Assembly: GCF_963676685.1 (NCBI RefSeq)
Contig: NC_092352.1
Coordinates: forward strand, 21,204,001 to 21,268,000
DNA: 64,000 bases
Reading direction: 5' to 3'
Source of the DNA: Mytilus edulis
Lineage: Eukaryota
Of this stretch, positions 51,684-64,000 are shown piece after piece. The notes beneath the pieces are model-generated. The model did not search any database. It was given only the letters and a program-made list of their open reading frames with translations, and had not been told where the DNA came from. Positions within the stretch are counted from its first letter, which is position 1; the number at the start of each line of letters is the position of its first letter. Both the position numbers and the translations under genes were made by a program.

Positions 51684-54600
51684 TCAGGCCTGTCTTCCTG
51701 CATATCGTCCTGACTTTGTTTTACGAACCACATAATTCTCTCCTGAGACTCCTTCATCTCCAATCCATTCTTCAGTTAGATCTTCTACCCCTGCTAGTGT
51801 TCTAGGGGGAGGAATAAATGGTTTTGCAAGCTGGAATGTACCACTCATTCCAATTCCTGTTATTTGCCTGAAATAATTGAAAATAAACAATAATGAATGG
51901 ACTGATCTTCAAAGCATACATAACTTGTAATTAAAAGTAACAAAATTCAGTAAGCTGATTCCTTCATCTTTTTTTTTTCCCCTCTTGCCCATGGTACCCG
52001 ATGTTGTCAATCTTTTTTTTTCTCTATTTACCATGATGATGTCCATTTAATTTTTCTTTTGCCCATTGTTTTGTCCATCTTACTTTTCTTTTGACCATGG
52101 CATTGTCCATCTTTTTTTTTCTTTTGACCGTAGGGATGTCCATCTTTCTTTTTCTAATCGTTTTAGTATGCCCCCTGTTATCCTTTTATCCTTTTTAATT
52201 TCACATTTTTTTATTTCTATTTCAGTAACAAAAGTCATTTATAAACAAGAAAACGTACCTTATTACACCATTTTTCAATGCCCTTTCCATGGCAGTTTTA
52301 AACTTATGTGGTCGAGATTCGATATTAAAATCAGGATGATAGTCCATGATGTACTGTTTGATTCTAATAACTGTGGACTGTTTAGGTTCATGACTGGCTA
52401 CAATGGCCTGACAAATCATGTCATCTATGGTTTTACCTTAAAATAGCAAAAAAATATTTAAATGTTTTGAAGAATGTTACAGAAGCACTTTTATCATAGC
52501 CTAACATAATTCATCATGATGAATTTTTCATGATGAATTTTTAATGACAAACTTTTCAGGTAATATGAAAAAAAATAATATTCTAATACTAAAAAAAAAA
52601 TTGCCTTAAATCCAATAGCACCTATAAAAATTGTATTACCTTACTGATGAAAGAGTATGGAGAAGAGACTATAGCAATAATCTAAGTATGATAGCTGTAT
52701 GCCAAACAGTCACTGAGTATTGATGTGATTCAGAAGGACAATGTGAAAGACCATTACCTTATCCAATAGCATGAAGCACAGGGGAAAATACATGGAATAA
52801 CTTTTTTACAAATTTTAAACTACTGCTATATTATATTAAACATACTTGATTCTGGATCGAAATCATCCAACAGTAGACGATAAGATCCCTGACCAACACT
52901 GTTTCCTGAGGACTGTTCCCATATTCCTTTTTCTATTCCTTTCTCAATAGCTGGTTTCAGCCTGTAACAAAAACACAATAAAGGCAAGTTGACTACAGTG
53001 GTTGACTTTGGTTAATGTCTTTCATATTTTTTTTTGTACATTGTTATGTTATAACTTTGGCCTAAGTGTTCTCAATTAAATTGTTCCATACTTTTCATAT
53101 CTGGGCCTTTTAAATTCAACTATATGGTGCAGGTTTTTCTCACTGTTGAAGACCATAATTATGGTTGCCTTGAATTGCTAACATTCACTTCAGTTTAACT
53201 TTGGTGGATAGTAGTCTCATTGGCAATCATACCACATCTTTTTTTATACTAAATCATAAATAAGCATATCTATTTTTGTTAAATCCTTTTGTCAATTTTT
53301 TATTGTATTTTACAGGTCTTTTGTTGGTTGTTAGTGTTGTTATTTTTTTTCTTTCATATCTTTAGCATATACCAAGCATCTCCATTTATTCCCATGTAAT
53401 ATGAAAAAAAGCTGTCATATTTGTATTTTCCTTAAAAAGTACATTACCTGGTTTCAGCATTCACACTAGGATAATTTTCAACCAGATATTTCTTAATTTT
53501 CCCAAATGAGGCCTCTTTGGGTTCACTACAGTAAGTAAAGGCTAAAGGAAATGTATCATCTATCTTCTCAGGGTTACTGTGTGGATCAGTTTTCTCCCAT
53601 TTTGCTACAAGATAAATAGTTTTTAATCTCTGCTGCTTATTGATACAACTACAATGCACACCATCAGAATATAAAAAAGTATATATACATTATCTTGTCT
53701 CACAAATTGTCATATTAAAACGAAATTTTCAATGTGATTTGATGTAAAAAGAAAGTTTTACAAAATTTGCTCATATGAATTCATCACCAGTGTTTTGAGT
53801 TTAGTCTTGAAAAATTACCTGACAAAGACGATGTATGCATGACTATAGTGCCGTTACATTGGATTAAGTTATCAACAGTGAAGTTGAAGTACAATTTAAA
53901 ATTGTTGTGTATAAAAGACACATTTGATTCCCAGTCAAATAGATTTAAGTATTGGTTAATTTCAAACTATCGACAACCAGGAAATGGGTGCACTGTGGAT
54001 GTAAAAATTGCTTTCTTGCTACTACTCATTCCATTTGGTAGAAGCAAAAAAAAACTTTATGATTGAGATTTCACCTTTAACAATGAGTGTTGTAAAATTA
54101 TCGACAAACAGTAAAAATTGCCTACTCGCTACAACTCAACATTATTAAGTTGTTGACCAAATATTAAATCATTCTACTTCATAAAGGCACAGAAAACTTT
54201 GAAAAAAGTTTCCTACCAAAGGTCAAAAGGATAACTTGACCTACATTCACCTTTGGTTACACAGGTAAATGAAAACCCTGTAACACATCCACTAAAAATT
54301 TTCTTGAAGAAATTTGTCGATCAGAGAAATTTGAGCATCCAAAAAAGTCTGCTTACAACAGTGTATATAAAAATATCATTGACTTGTGTTTTGCCTTATT
54401 TCAAAAAGGTTTTAGCAGAGTTAAGCCAATATGCACAATATGGTTAGAAACAGAACTTGAATGATATTTCCATAATAAATCTTAAAAGAGCAAATCACAT
54501 CATAGAACACAATACAGTTTGACTAACCCCAACAAGTGAAACTGCGAGCTACTGCTCACTGCTGATACCCCCGCCGCAATTGGATAATATTAATAGTGTA

Positions 54601-57600
54601 AAAAAATGCAAGTGTTCGGTAAACAGGAAGTTGTCGAGTGATGAATCTGAAAACGCATCACACGGTATAGCTGACTTATATAAATCCTGAAACCAAATTT
54701 CAGAAATCCTTGTATTGTAGTTCCTGAGAAAAATGTGACGAAAATTTTCAACTTGGCTATCATGTGTAAAATCGTACAAGTGTTCGGTAAACAGGAAGTT
54801 GTCAAGTGATCAATCTGAAAACGCATCACACGGTAAAGCTGACTTAGATAAACCCTGAAACCAAATTTCAGAAATCCTTGTATTGTAGTTCCTGAGAAAA
54901 ATGTGACGAAAATTTTCAACTTGGCTATCATGTGTAAAATCATACAAGTGTTCGGTAAACAGGAAGTTGTCAAGTGATCAATCTGAAAACGCATCACACG
55001 GTATAGCTGACTTAGTTAAACCCTGAAACCAAATTTCAGAAATCCATGTATTGTAGTTCCTGAGAAAAATGTGACGAAAGTTTCATGGGACGGACTGACT
55101 GACGGACGGACGGACAGACTGATGGACGGACAGACAGAGGTAAAACAGTATACCCCCCCTTTTTAAAGCGGGTTTAAAGCGGGGGTATAATAATACTAAT
55201 GAAACATGCTACTTCTTATATATGATACAGTGTTCTCCCCAGAAATTTTGGATAGCATCACATTTGGCGTAAAAAATAAATTGTATTTTTTTCAATGTAA
55301 TTTGTCGCGTCGTGGTAATGCTCTATTTCCTTTATGTTATATACCTTATTGTTTATTACAAAATGTATTATATTGTTTGTATGCTATAGGCCCTTTTTTG
55401 ATGAATAAAATATTCTATTCCACCCTATTCTTTGTGTCTATACTGTTGAATTTATAACTGAGAATACAATTAAACTAAAACCATGAGAACAGTATTTTCA
55501 GTTTATGTTTTCTATATTCATTTATAGTTCCAGAATTAATTTATTCCTCTTGGGCCATATACAATTGCACTAAATGTGTAGGAAAAAACACTGGTTATTA
55601 TAATAAAAAAAAGGAAAGAGAAAGTATCATATAGCAATATAATTTAAATTAAAAAACTTTCTTTATCATGTCTATCAAATATATTGGTTCATGGTTCCAG
55701 TTGTTTCTTTTTATCAAAATGATATATATTTTTAACAAGGTTATTTAAAAAATAGTCTGTTAATGCTTAGTTTTCTCTTTAGGTTTCTGTCTACTGTGCC
55801 ATTTGTGGATATATGTAGTTATTATTGTAAAATGCGGGTTTTTGTCATATCTGATCCGATTCCAATCAGTAGTTTACACTAAAATATTAAATGGCCGCCG
55901 AAAACAATGAAAAATACAAAAATAAAACAATGTTTGACAAGAGATTGGGAATGAATATGTCTTTTTTAATGCATTAAATGGATGAAACATAAACTGAAGC
56001 CAATTATGATCACTTTCTAAAAAAAGAACAAAACTTATATAGTTCAAAATCAAAATTTTCACTCTCGATTTACAACTAGTTATAGGAAATGAAAGAAAGT
56101 AATACTAATATTTTGAAAGTCATAAAAAGATAAGACTCAATCTCTTTTCAAAAGAGAAAAAATGTTTGTTTCTTTGAATTTTCATTTTGCAAACATATAT
56201 TTTGATTTATTTTATGATTTTCTTTTCTCCTGTCAAAATTTGAGATTGCATACCACGTGGTATTAATCATGTCACAAGTGACAGCTTGGGGTTTTAGTAT
56301 CCAACCAGTTACCACCCAAAGGGCAATTAACACCTATGTAATCACTTTAAATTGCCTCTATTGTCCGACTTGAAGGGATTACAATTAAGGGTGATATATT
56401 TTTTTTAATATCATAAGCGGTAATTAGATGAAAGTTCACAATTTAGGACATGGCTTTGCCATACAGAAACGAGAAAAATAACATCTTGAAAATAATTATA
56501 GCGTCACAGAAATTATTATAGCGTCGCGGATATTATTATAGCGTCACAGGAAGAAAATATAGCGACGCTAAAACAGCCTGGGGAGAACATTGTATGACAT
56601 CTAGTTCAGGTCTAGTATCCAAATACCAGCTAATCAAGTTAACAGAAAATGGACATGCATTCCCTATACCAAGCTTCGCCTCAAGTTCAAAAGTTTTGCA
56701 ATATCATATTTTAGTGTTTTTAATTGTGTTGTTTACTTACGTTTTTTAATATGTCGTTTTTTCTTCTTTTTCTTTTGTGGCTCTTCTTCCTTTTTAACAT
56801 CTCCCTTTTTGTCATCCCCCTTCTTGTCGTCCCCCTTCTCTTCTAATTTTCTCTTTGTTCCTTTTTTCTTTGGTGTCTCTTCCTCTGGTTTGACTGGTTC
56901 TTCATCTCCTTCCTTGTTTTCTTTTTCTGATTCTTTCCTTTCTTTTTTCTTCTGAAGCTACAGAGCAAAACAATAGAATTGTATCAGTCTCTATACATTT
57001 TATCTGCTTTTTTTAACCTATATAAACAAGGCTGGATGAACCAAAAGTTTATCCAGTCAAGAATAATAGGTTAGAATGAACATTTTTTAACACAATGTGT
57101 CTTCAAAGCAACAATTTATCTTTATCCAACCTTTGTTCCATTCCAAAAATCGTAGCTGAAACTTCTCAACCTAAGTCCCAACAAAATCACTTTAATTCAA
57201 AGTGCTATGAAGGGTAAAGATTGCTTTAATTTATCAATGGGGAGTAAAATCAAACATAGAATTTCAAAAACATGGTGGTGGACAAAGGAAGAAAACTCCA
57301 ATTTTAAAGATTACTTTAACAATGACATCATTCACATTTTTAGAACAGATATTAGATTCCTGCACCTTGCACAAGTTATGTAATTTTTTATTACAACTAT
57401 AACATCATGTTGCAACTTGAATATCTGAGCATATATTACATTGATAAATCTCTTCATGGATAGGATGTTAAGAATGTTATGATCAATGCACTATATTTTG
57501 TGTACTGTGGATTCATTATTATTCGTTAGAAACCAATTTCTTGGATTTCGTTGTTACCCAGCAACCACAAATCCCAATGTCGACAAATTACAAGATTTCA

Positions 57601-60600
57601 ATAAGAATTATACAGACTTGGCAAAACCATGAAATCAAATATCCCCCAAAACTAAGGTCTTCCAAATCCAGGAAAATTGGTATCCATGAAAATAAATGCA
57701 TCCACAGTGTCTCAAAAGTAGTGATAAACCTTGGAAATTTAGATATCATGTAAGTACCATATAGGCTTCTTACTGCATTTCATGCAATCTTTACCCCAAA
57801 AAATCATAAAAAATATACAATTGATAGCATTGTTAGCATCACATACTTTTTCTTCTTTTTTCTGTTTTTCCTTTTCTTTCTCTTTCTCTTCCTTTTCTTT
57901 GATGTCTTCCCTTGGTTCAGCACCAAATATTCTGTAAAACCCGCACTTCCCTGTACCTTTTACCTGTAATCATTCAAAATTCTTTTGTTAAGCATATCTT
58001 AATAGATCACCATTGGAAACTGGCCTCAAAGCCAAGCTCAATACATAAGACATCACCACTAACACACATGCTTTGTTTACTATGTAATATGCATGCTTGA
58101 AATTCTCCTCCGCAGATTAGACACTAAATCGTTAATTCAAAATGATTTCATGCTTAATTAAACAAGTGCACCAATTATCATTAATATTCAAACACTATCA
58201 AAGACCATCAAAGGTAAAAAAAAATAAAAAGCCGATGATTTCCTGTACATTTGATAAACAAAACTAATCCTGGAAATGAGCCAGATCATACACAAAATTT
58301 CAGAGGGTCCACAGGACTACTGATTTACCAGGTTTGGGTAGTCCTCCTAGTTTTCAAGCAAATTCAGGAATCCTAGTGCTATGATTTAGTTCATTTCCCC
58401 TGATTTTTTTAACCCTGCTCACCATTTAACATTACATTTGATAATCACAATTTTAATAAGGCATTTCACAATGAGTGTCAAAAGTGCCATTTAATACTAA
58501 CCAGTTCAATACGTCCATAATAAACTCCACGTTCCAGGGCTTGTAACAATTTATGTGGCTGTAAGTCCACTTGAAGAGCAGGATATTTGTTGGCAGTCGC
58601 TACTTTTATATTAGGAAATCTCACTCCATTCGTCTAGCAAGTGTTAAGAAAATATTACAATCTCTAATGCACTTTAATTTCAGTATTTTGTTTATCAAAT
58701 AGATTTTTTTGCAAGTAAACTAAAATACTGTAAACCAAGTTATGTTCAGGGATCTTTCTTTCCATCTTAACTGAGTATGAATTCAATTTTTGTGATTTTC
58801 TAAAAGTTTTACACATTCACTTTATATTTTCTACTACCAAAATTCACAATAAAAAAAGGCACACAAAAAAAAGATGGTTTACAGTAGACATTCAACCACT
58901 CTACTTTTAAGTGTGACCATATATTAGGCATGCTGGTAAAATCAGTAAATCTATGATTTAAGTGTGTGTTTGCAGGCTGGAAAATTTAGTAAATCTATGA
59001 TTTTCAGTGTCTTTGCAAGCTGATAAATATAGTTAATTTATGATTTAAAGTATATGTTAAATTGGTATTTAATGCAATTTTCAACATTATTGTACTATTT
59101 GGTGAGTTGATTTTTTTGGTAGAGGAATCTTGAGTACCAAGAGAGAACACTGACCTTCGGTTGACCTTCAGTAGGAAACCTGACAATCATAGCCAATTAA
59201 GATTGGGGGATTCAAACTTACAACTTTAGTGTTGACAGGCTAGTGATACAGCAGTTCCACTAAATAGGCCATTGGGCCAACAATACCCCAATTGATTGTA
59301 CCCTAAGTATGTGTTTGCATGCTGATAAGTTTAGTAAATCTATGATTGTTAGTGTTTGTTTCAGGGGGTGATTTTTTTTGCTAATGTATGATCATAAGTG
59401 TGTTTGCATGGCACTGGATTTGTTTTATCTATGATTGTAATTGTTTGTTTGCAGGCAGGTGATTTGTTTTGTTAATCTATGATCATACATGTGTTTGCAT
59501 GGCAGAAGATTTTTGATAATCTATGATTGTAAGTGTGTTTGCATTCTGTCAAATAATATGGATACAGGATTTCCGGTCTCTTTTAGAATTTCCTCCACAA
59601 TATCTCTCATTTTCATGGTTAGACTTTCTGCCTTGGGTTTTGTAGATTTTGGCTTTGCTTTTATTTCTCTGATTAAGCCCTTATAAGGTGATGATTCTTT
59701 GATTCCAAATTCCTTTCCAAACTTATCTTTGACATCCTGAAAGAAAAAAATGGAATTTTTTAAGGACAGATATATTAGGATGAATACGATGTATTCAATT
59801 ATCAAACCAGAAAAAAATAAGATTCAAGTAGATCTGACTGCAATAAATATCACAAGCAACATGAATAGTACTATTAGGACACTCAAGACCATCTAGTACT
59901 TGACATTTTGTATAGATTTCTGTGTGCTGTCAACTGTTATGTTGTTGAGTTGCTGTCTTATTCATTCCTACCCAGCATTTACTTTTTATTCTTATTGGTT
60001 TCAAAGGTCCATAAAAATATTTTGGGTGTCTTTACCAAAATTAAAATAATTATGTCTAACATCCATTTGGTCTTTTTCGAATACTTTAGCATACACGAAT
60101 GAACTTCAGTTAAGTCTTAAATTGTGCTATAAAGTTATGTAAATTTTACCTAAATAGAATTTATTTGTTTCAAAGCTTCAAATAAGAAAGAAAAAAAACC
60201 ACTAACAAAATTTAATGCAAAATTTCTTGAAAAAAAAATCTGCAATCGGTACTTTAAGTCATGTAAGTTTTGTTACCAAAGTATCTGACATGCATTTCTT
60301 TTGTAGCAGTTTATTCTGTGTGCTAATAAATAATAATAGAAATCAGAAAAAATGTTTTACCCTGTTAAACTGTGATGGATCTACTGTAACTGGGATATTC
60401 TGTTGTGCACAGAAATCTGTGAAGTATTCAAACAAGGTCTGGTATGATACGGAGGCTCCTTCCCTTGACTCTACATGCTCTGTTAGCCTGTAAAATTAAA
60501 GAACCTTAGTGAGCACGCTCACATACCCCACGTCCCCACATTGTCATTGGAGAAATTAAATAAGTATAAGAAAAAAAAATTGTATAAGAAAAAATATTGA

Positions 60601-61718
60601 ATAATAATTTCCTGTCAATATACATAGTATGTCCTTATTATCTACAAAATTTCATGAAATTCTGTTGTGTGTTTTCAGAGGAGTTGAGATGACAAACTGT
60701 TGCAGAAGTACATTGAAGCAAATAAGTTCAAAGGGGCTTAACTCCTAGAAAAAAATTGAACCGTAATTTCCTGTTGATATGCACATCTACATAGTATGTC
60801 CTTATTATCTACAAAGTTTCGTGAAATTCTGTTGTGTGGTTTGAGAGGAGTTGCGATGACAAACTGTTGCAGTAGTACATTAAAGTAAATAAGTTCAAAG
60901 GGGCGTAACTCCTAGAAAAAAAATTGAATCGCAATTTCCCGTCGATATGCACAACTACATAGTATGTCCTTATTATCTGAAAAGGTTTTGTGAAATTCTG
61001 TTGTGTGGTTTGAGAGGAGTTGCGATGACAAGAAACAGGACTGACGGACGGACAGACTGACGGACGGACAGGTCAAAAACATTATACCCTCCCCAACTTC
61101 GTTGCGTGGGGTATAATAAATATTGTAACCATCTACTATACCTATATACATATATACTTATATTTACCTATGTAAATAGATCACTTTAATTGTTTTTAAT
61201 GTATCAATATTTATTTAAATTTTAGAAAACTGGAACTGAAGTCAGGCGGGGCATTTTAAATTACAAGCACTATTACATGTATTATTAGAAACAGTCAAGA
61301 TGAAGAACATCATTAAAATCATGGTTATTTAGATTTTGGGTTATTTACCAAACAAACAATTTGTACCTTATAAAAGTATATAGTTTTAGCCTATATTTCC
61401 ATTTCCTTATTATCCAATTCCATAAAACAGTGTTTCATGAGGAAAATATAAATGTATTTTAGTGTAATATATAAAAACTTACCAGTCTGTCAGCTGCTGT
61501 TCACCAGGTGGAACAGTTCTTTTTCTTTTTTCTAAAATCACTGGCACTTCTGCCTCCAGCACTGGTGGCTTTTCTTTTTTCTTTGGCTTTACATCTTTTT
61601 TCTTATTTTTTTCTATTTCTGTTTCTTTTTCCTCTTCAGGTTCCTTTGTTAATTGTTTGCTTCTTTCTTTTTCTGCCAAGTATTCCTGAGTCTTCTTCTT
61701 TAATTTTATTGAAGGCAT
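51684..61718 (-). CDS. HP1BP3: Heterochromatin protein 1-binding protein 3-like (three linker-histone H15 domains plus an N-terminal RFX-like winged-helix region), 544 aa
   Basis: Ten coding exons: 61718-61483, 60487-60361, 59736-59566, 58633-58502, 57963-57847, 56957-56741, 53604-53448, 52961-52846, 52436-52259, 51867-51684; phase-consistent (1635 nt), with an in-frame TAA just upstream of the ATG. H15 repeats: KMRDIVEEILKE..KYPALQVDLQPHKLLQALERG..VKGTGKCGFY; KIDDTFPLAFTYCSEPKEASFGKIKKY; ICQAIVASHEPKQST..IRQITGIGMSGTFQLAKPFIP. These parallel vertebrate HP1BP3. Confidence 0.85.
54531..55190 (-). mobile_element. HINE-type element with three 168-bp repeats (family of 4361-4936)
   Basis: Reverse-complement homologue with the same termini, (GGAC)n tract and 168-bp units. 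Confidence 0.8.
55228..56592. mobile_element. Non-autonomous TIR DNA transposon (CAGTGTTCTCCCCAG termini)
   Basis: TIR CAGTGTTCTCCCCAG / CTGGGGAGAACATTG; flanks TATGATA / TATGACA (7-bp TSD, one mismatch); subterminal TATAGCGTC repeats. Confidence 0.7.
57505..57707. mobile_element. Tc1/mariner-type MITE
   Basis: TA-CTGTGGATTCATT ... AATGCATCCACAG inverted termini. Confidence 0.6.
58728..58884. mobile_element. Tc1/mariner-type MITE
   Basis: TA-CTGTAAACCA ... TGGTTTACAG-TA: inverted termini with TA duplication. Confidence 0.6.
58945..59545. repeat. Degenerate ~45-bp tandem repeat interrupted by a SINE (~59060-59290)
   Basis: Recurrent AATCTATGATTGTAAGTGTGTTTGCA core, about 8-9 degenerate copies. 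Confidence 0.65.
60498..61118 (-). mobile_element. HINE-type element with ~175-bp internal repeats
   Basis: ATACCCTCCCCAAC..GTTGCGTGGGGTATAA 5' hairpin, (GGAC)n tract, three CATAGTATGTCCTTATTATCT units, 3' GTGAGCGTGCTCAC hairpin. Confidence 0.75.
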
Positions 61719-62810
61719 TGTTTACTGCAAATAAAATCAAAATATATTAGAATGACATGTATGCCCTTTACTCATGTTACTGAACATATTGAATGCATAA
61801 ATAGTGAGGCATACAAAATTTTTCCCATACAAACAGATTGTTGGATTTCTGTCAATTATCTGACAGGGGAAGTGCTTTTTGAATTTTTGCTTGGAGAACC
61901 TGAAACAGAAAGTCTTCTAAAACAAGATGGATCACGGTTCTTGGTAAGAGTCACTAAAATATCTGAAAACAGGATAAATTCAATGGTGGGACTCCAAACA
62001 TTTTGAACTATTCTAGGATTTATCCTAGCAAATTCCTTCCTAAAAACCCTGATGGATTGTGAACTGTTACTCATGAATGAGGCAAACTATAATTACTTGG
62101 TGTACAGGAAATTACAATGTTGTAGTTCTTGAGAAAAATACTTTAAACCTCATGATCATGGTCATAAGTGTATGAATATATATATATTTGTTTATCATGA
62201 TCAAATAGTTGATAAAACATGTGTAAGTGATGGAAGCGAAATGCATCCCACAATATTGTGCCGAAATACAACTTGATAATAAATTTCAGGAAGCTCTGAA
62301 ATGTGCAGTTCTTGAGAAAAAAAAATACCATGGGACTGACTGATGGAGCAACTGACAGCTAGAGGTCAACCAGTTAACCTTTCCTTCAGAGAAAGGGAAT
62401 ACATGCAAACTTGGTAAAATCACAAACTTGATCTTTATTACTATAAATACATGTAAATACAACTACACACAAAAATTTCTGCATCAGCCAGCACAGTGAA
62501 ATAATTATACAATTTATAAAGTGTTTCTACACTATGGCATCTACTGACAACATCAGCTATATTGATTGATTTGTAGAACTTGTCTTTCTTTAGCCACTAA
62601 TTAGTTTTGTAAACTCAACATTAATGCTTTCGTCATCTGCTGCACTCAGGCATTTTATCAAAATAAAAATCGAGCTTCCATCTTCATCTTTATATTTGAT
62701 TTCTACCTTGGTAAAACTTGTGACTTGATTGTAGTAGAAAGTACAAATGTATAAACACTGCCCCACATGATAATCTGTTAAGACTTTTAAAGACTCTCCA
62801 TAGTTAAATA

Positions 62811-63038
62811 GGGGTCTCATTGGGGGTTCTGATCCCGGATCCTGCTTACTGTTTTGTCAGATTCCTGTATTCCGCTTGTAAACACTATGTACTTAAGCAA
62901 TTCTCATTTTTTGCAATCCCCTCTGTCCCGCTAGACTTCATTTCCCGTTTTCAAAATGCACAATAATTTGACTTTCATGTTTCACGCTAACAAAAAATCA
63001 GCAGTCCAGCGTCACGCTTAGAACCCAATGAGACCCAC
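62811..63038. mobile_element. MITE
   Basis: Inverted termini GGGTCTCATTGGG / CCCAATGAGACCC. Confidence 0.6.
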
Positions 63039-64000
63039 TTAAATTTCAGAATAATTAAAAATGTGCAAGCAGACAGCTACTTGCCTGAATTCATACAAAG
63101 AAAAACAACACATACATTTCAACTCTCACATTATCAATATACTTGTTAAAAGTATTCCATGTCAAATAAAATTAAAAGTAAAGGATTGCCATGATTGTCT
63201 TAAAATTTAAAGTCCCTTGTTTTGATGGACTGATAAAAATAAAACCTGTATGGGCCTCTAATCACGTGACCAGTCTGCTTACTATAAATAGATCGATATA
63301 TAAAAAAAAAATGCTGTGTTGATCGCATGTTTATGGTCGAATTTCAATTTTACCCAAGTCGGGAAATATTGATGCATCTCAATTATAGCAATGCAATGAT
63401 ACCTGTTGTTGCTAAATTGCACCTGCATTTAGAAATTTAATAAGAATTTGAAAGGTGATTTATCGAGCAAGTGGACCTATGGCTATGCAATCAATGAGTG
63501 CATACGAGTCGAATGATCCGGTTAATTAGGTTTGCAAATAATAAATGCAATAATAAAAACTTGAAAATTGTGTGTTTTCACACTATGTTTATAAACCTAC
63601 CACTTCTTGCAGCACAGCAAAGTAGGTCAGCTTGTACATAAAATGCCAATGCTAATGACGCCCTAACTGATGAGAGGAAACGCAAGAAAGCATAGCTGAA
63701 AAATCGGAAACCAGTTCATCAAGAGGCTTACTAGCTTGTTGTTGATATTTTAGATTTTATCCGTGTACAGTGAATTTAAAATTTTAAGTTAGTTAGGGAA
63801 ATGTTTTAGTGTATAAATTTTAATTAACTCCCGTCTGGATGATATCCGCTGAGGAGGTGTTCCATAACTGGAAGGATTTACGTATAGAAGAAAAAGTTGT
63901 GTACAAAATACAAATACAATACACTGATTGAAAGGGGCATTAAAATTGACAATTAACAAATGAAGAATGTTGAATTTTGATACAAAGATACATGTTACAA

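Larger units (their letters stand above)
58634..59565 (-). other. Probable U12-type intron of the HP1BP3-like gene with a variant donor
   Basis: Donor GTATCCATA; branch-like TTCTTAAC (58650-58643) ending 9 nt before the exon; no polypyrimidine tract. It is the only workable in-frame donor. Confidence 0.75.

Noticed and set aside
61856-62074. 72-aa minus-strand ORF as an upstream coding exon of the HP1BP3-like gene
   Set aside because: It ends in its own stop with no convincing donor. The next exon has an in-frame TAA before the ATG at 61718, and I recognise no homology.
63661-63700. CTGATGAGAGGAAAC hammerhead-like core
   Set aside because: No helix II, no NUH cleavage triplet and no complementary helix I strand.

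Overview
AT-rich, intron-rich animal genomic DNA. The repeat repertoire suggests a bivalve such as Mytilus; this is an inference. I reconstructed four spliced genes by hand, all with consistent intron phases. (1) The 3' part of a divergent UBE2D/E-like ubiquitin-conjugating enzyme (+, 40-5133). (2) A complete KAT8/MOF histone acetyltransferase (-, 10 exons, 453 aa). (3) LRMDA/C10orf11 (+, 7 exons, 247 aa), head-to-head with KAT8 with only 97 bp between the ATGs. (4) An HP1BP3-like protein with three H15 domains and an extra RFX-like winged-helix region (-, 10 coding exons, 544 aa). A ~9 kb 36-bp satellite with higher-order structure lies between the convergent LRMDA and HP1BP3-like 3' ends. 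Introns and intergenic DNA hold Helentron-type non-autonomous elements (some nested), MITEs, tRNA-derived SINEs, and Penelope, LINE and Crypton relics. The main observations: there are two minor-spliceosome (U12-type) introns. In one, a LINE insertion duplicated the branch point as its target-site duplication; the other has a non-consensus GTATCCATA donor. The E2 gene has a tandemly multiplied last-exon acceptor. A 51-bp near-perfect array is built from Penelope RT coding sequence. Most ORFs in the supplied track are repeat artefacts.
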